DNA of 64,000 nt, taken from Eledone cirrhosa (taxonomy: Eukaryota). The stretch spans positions 206,956,001 through 207,020,000 of the forward strand of contig OZ024742.1 of assembly GCA_964016885.1 (NCBI GenBank), read 5' to 3'. Positions 62,788-64,000 of this stretch are shown here, piece by piece. Each line of letters starts with the position of its first letter. Positions within the stretch are counted from its first letter, which is position 1. The notes beneath the pieces are model-generated. The model saw nothing but the letters and a program-made list of their open reading frames with translations. It was not told where the DNA came from and did no database searches. Made by a program: the position numbers and the translations under genes.

Positions 62788-63419
62788 TAAGAGAGGTGTA
62801 TATGAAGACACAAGCATATATAGTACGTTTATATTCAATAAACATAGGTAACCTCACTGCTGATGAAAAATCTTATTTTGTAATGTAACAACAACAAAAT
62901 AAAAAAAAATATTTTCTCTATTTTCCAGTATTTTCTGAGAATATCAGACATTGCTGTTTCAAGATTTGTTAAGCTTTCATCAGTGACACTCTCTCAGAAC
63001 AAACTGGCATGGAATAAACTATAGCCTATATAGAGTTTTGCTTCATGATCACTTGCTGGAGATGCTCATTTGCATATAACAAATAGACAACATCAGTTGG
63101 AAGTGGTCATTTGCATATATCTAATATGGCAGTAGCACTAAGATAGAGTTTAAACATATGATATATAGAAACATATATGATAGGTTCATATACTTCTTGA
63201 TCGTTTCTTTGACACTACTCTCATCATTACTATACGCCAACCGCACTCTGCCCAGGATAACTCTACCTCTTCCAGCTCTCTTGTCACCCTGTCAAACTCC
63301 ACTGCATATGACTTACTTTCTCACCACTCCCCAACATCAAACTTTCTACACTCCCTCGCCTCTATTGCTTGAATCCCACCCTCACACATGATAGAGTAGA
63401 AAGGGCTCTTCAACCAGGT

Positions 63420-63680
63420 CTGTTAACTCTATAAAGTGGTTGGTGTTGGGACATAGAAGCCATGCTAAAAGGATTTGTGAGAACTTTCCACTTAGAATAT
63501 AACAACCTTTCTAGTGCTGATGCCAAGAAAATGACACTTTGTAAAGTGATTGGTGATAGGAAAGTTTATCTTGCAGTAGAAACCATGCCAAAAAGAGGAC
63601 TAGGATGACTTTGGTTGTGTCAAGGATACAACACCTCTCTAGTGCTGGTGATCAGCATGATAAAAACATCCAGTACACAA
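63420..63680 (+). mobile_element. Degenerate RTE/SINE tail remnants
   Basis: taaagtggttggtgttggg and gtaaagtgattggtgatagg...gtagaaacc subrepeats. Confidence 0.5.
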
Positions 63681-64000
63681 TATTGTTTTTCATATTTTAG
63701 CATCTAGCCATAAATACGTGAGTGCTGATGAAGAATAATGACTGTAAAATAGATGCATCTACTTCTCTTACTCTGATGCTAAGGTGGCTGTCTCATCACC
63801 ACAGCTTGAAATATATGCAGCTAGACTAATTGTATGTTCAATGTTATTGTATAGGCATTCATATATGACTTTATATTATGTATAATTACATCAAAGCTGA
63901 AATGTTTCACAAATTGTTACTCTGAGTTTCATGCTGATGAAATATGGACAAGATGTGAATCTAATTGGAACCAAGCAGAGCTATTTATGGGGTTGATCAA

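Overview
AT-rich eukaryotic (animal) genomic DNA with no prokaryotic features. It is dominated by decayed transposable elements nested in (TA)n/(CA)n/(GAT)n microsatellites. The repeat inventory (RTE LINEs with (GAT)n tails, tRNA-headed SINEs, Penelope-like elements) is consistent with a coleoid cephalopod, but that is an inference. Recognisable elements: many RTE-clade LINE copies (near full-length at 22031-25335), a near full-length R4/Dong-like RLE retrotransposon in a (CATA)n tract (37079-41207), four Penelope-like GIY-YIG elements, two probable non-autonomous Helitrons (one carrying a CRE-clade fragment), mariner and maT remnants, a MITE and tRNA-SINEs. One Penelope element has 409-bp inverted arms carrying hammerhead-like cores. 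No host gene is securely identified; a phase-consistent three-exon chain on the minus strand (35783-33612) and a TATA-containing region near 53.1 kb are candidates only. The most unusual signals are: recurrent fold-back hairpins at element ends next to (TA)n tracts, including a loop-less 106-bp palindrome; a head-to-head fused RTE pair; ribozyme-like motifs; and a twin-priming inversion in an RTE-like LINE. All coordinates were read by eye, and no database search was run.
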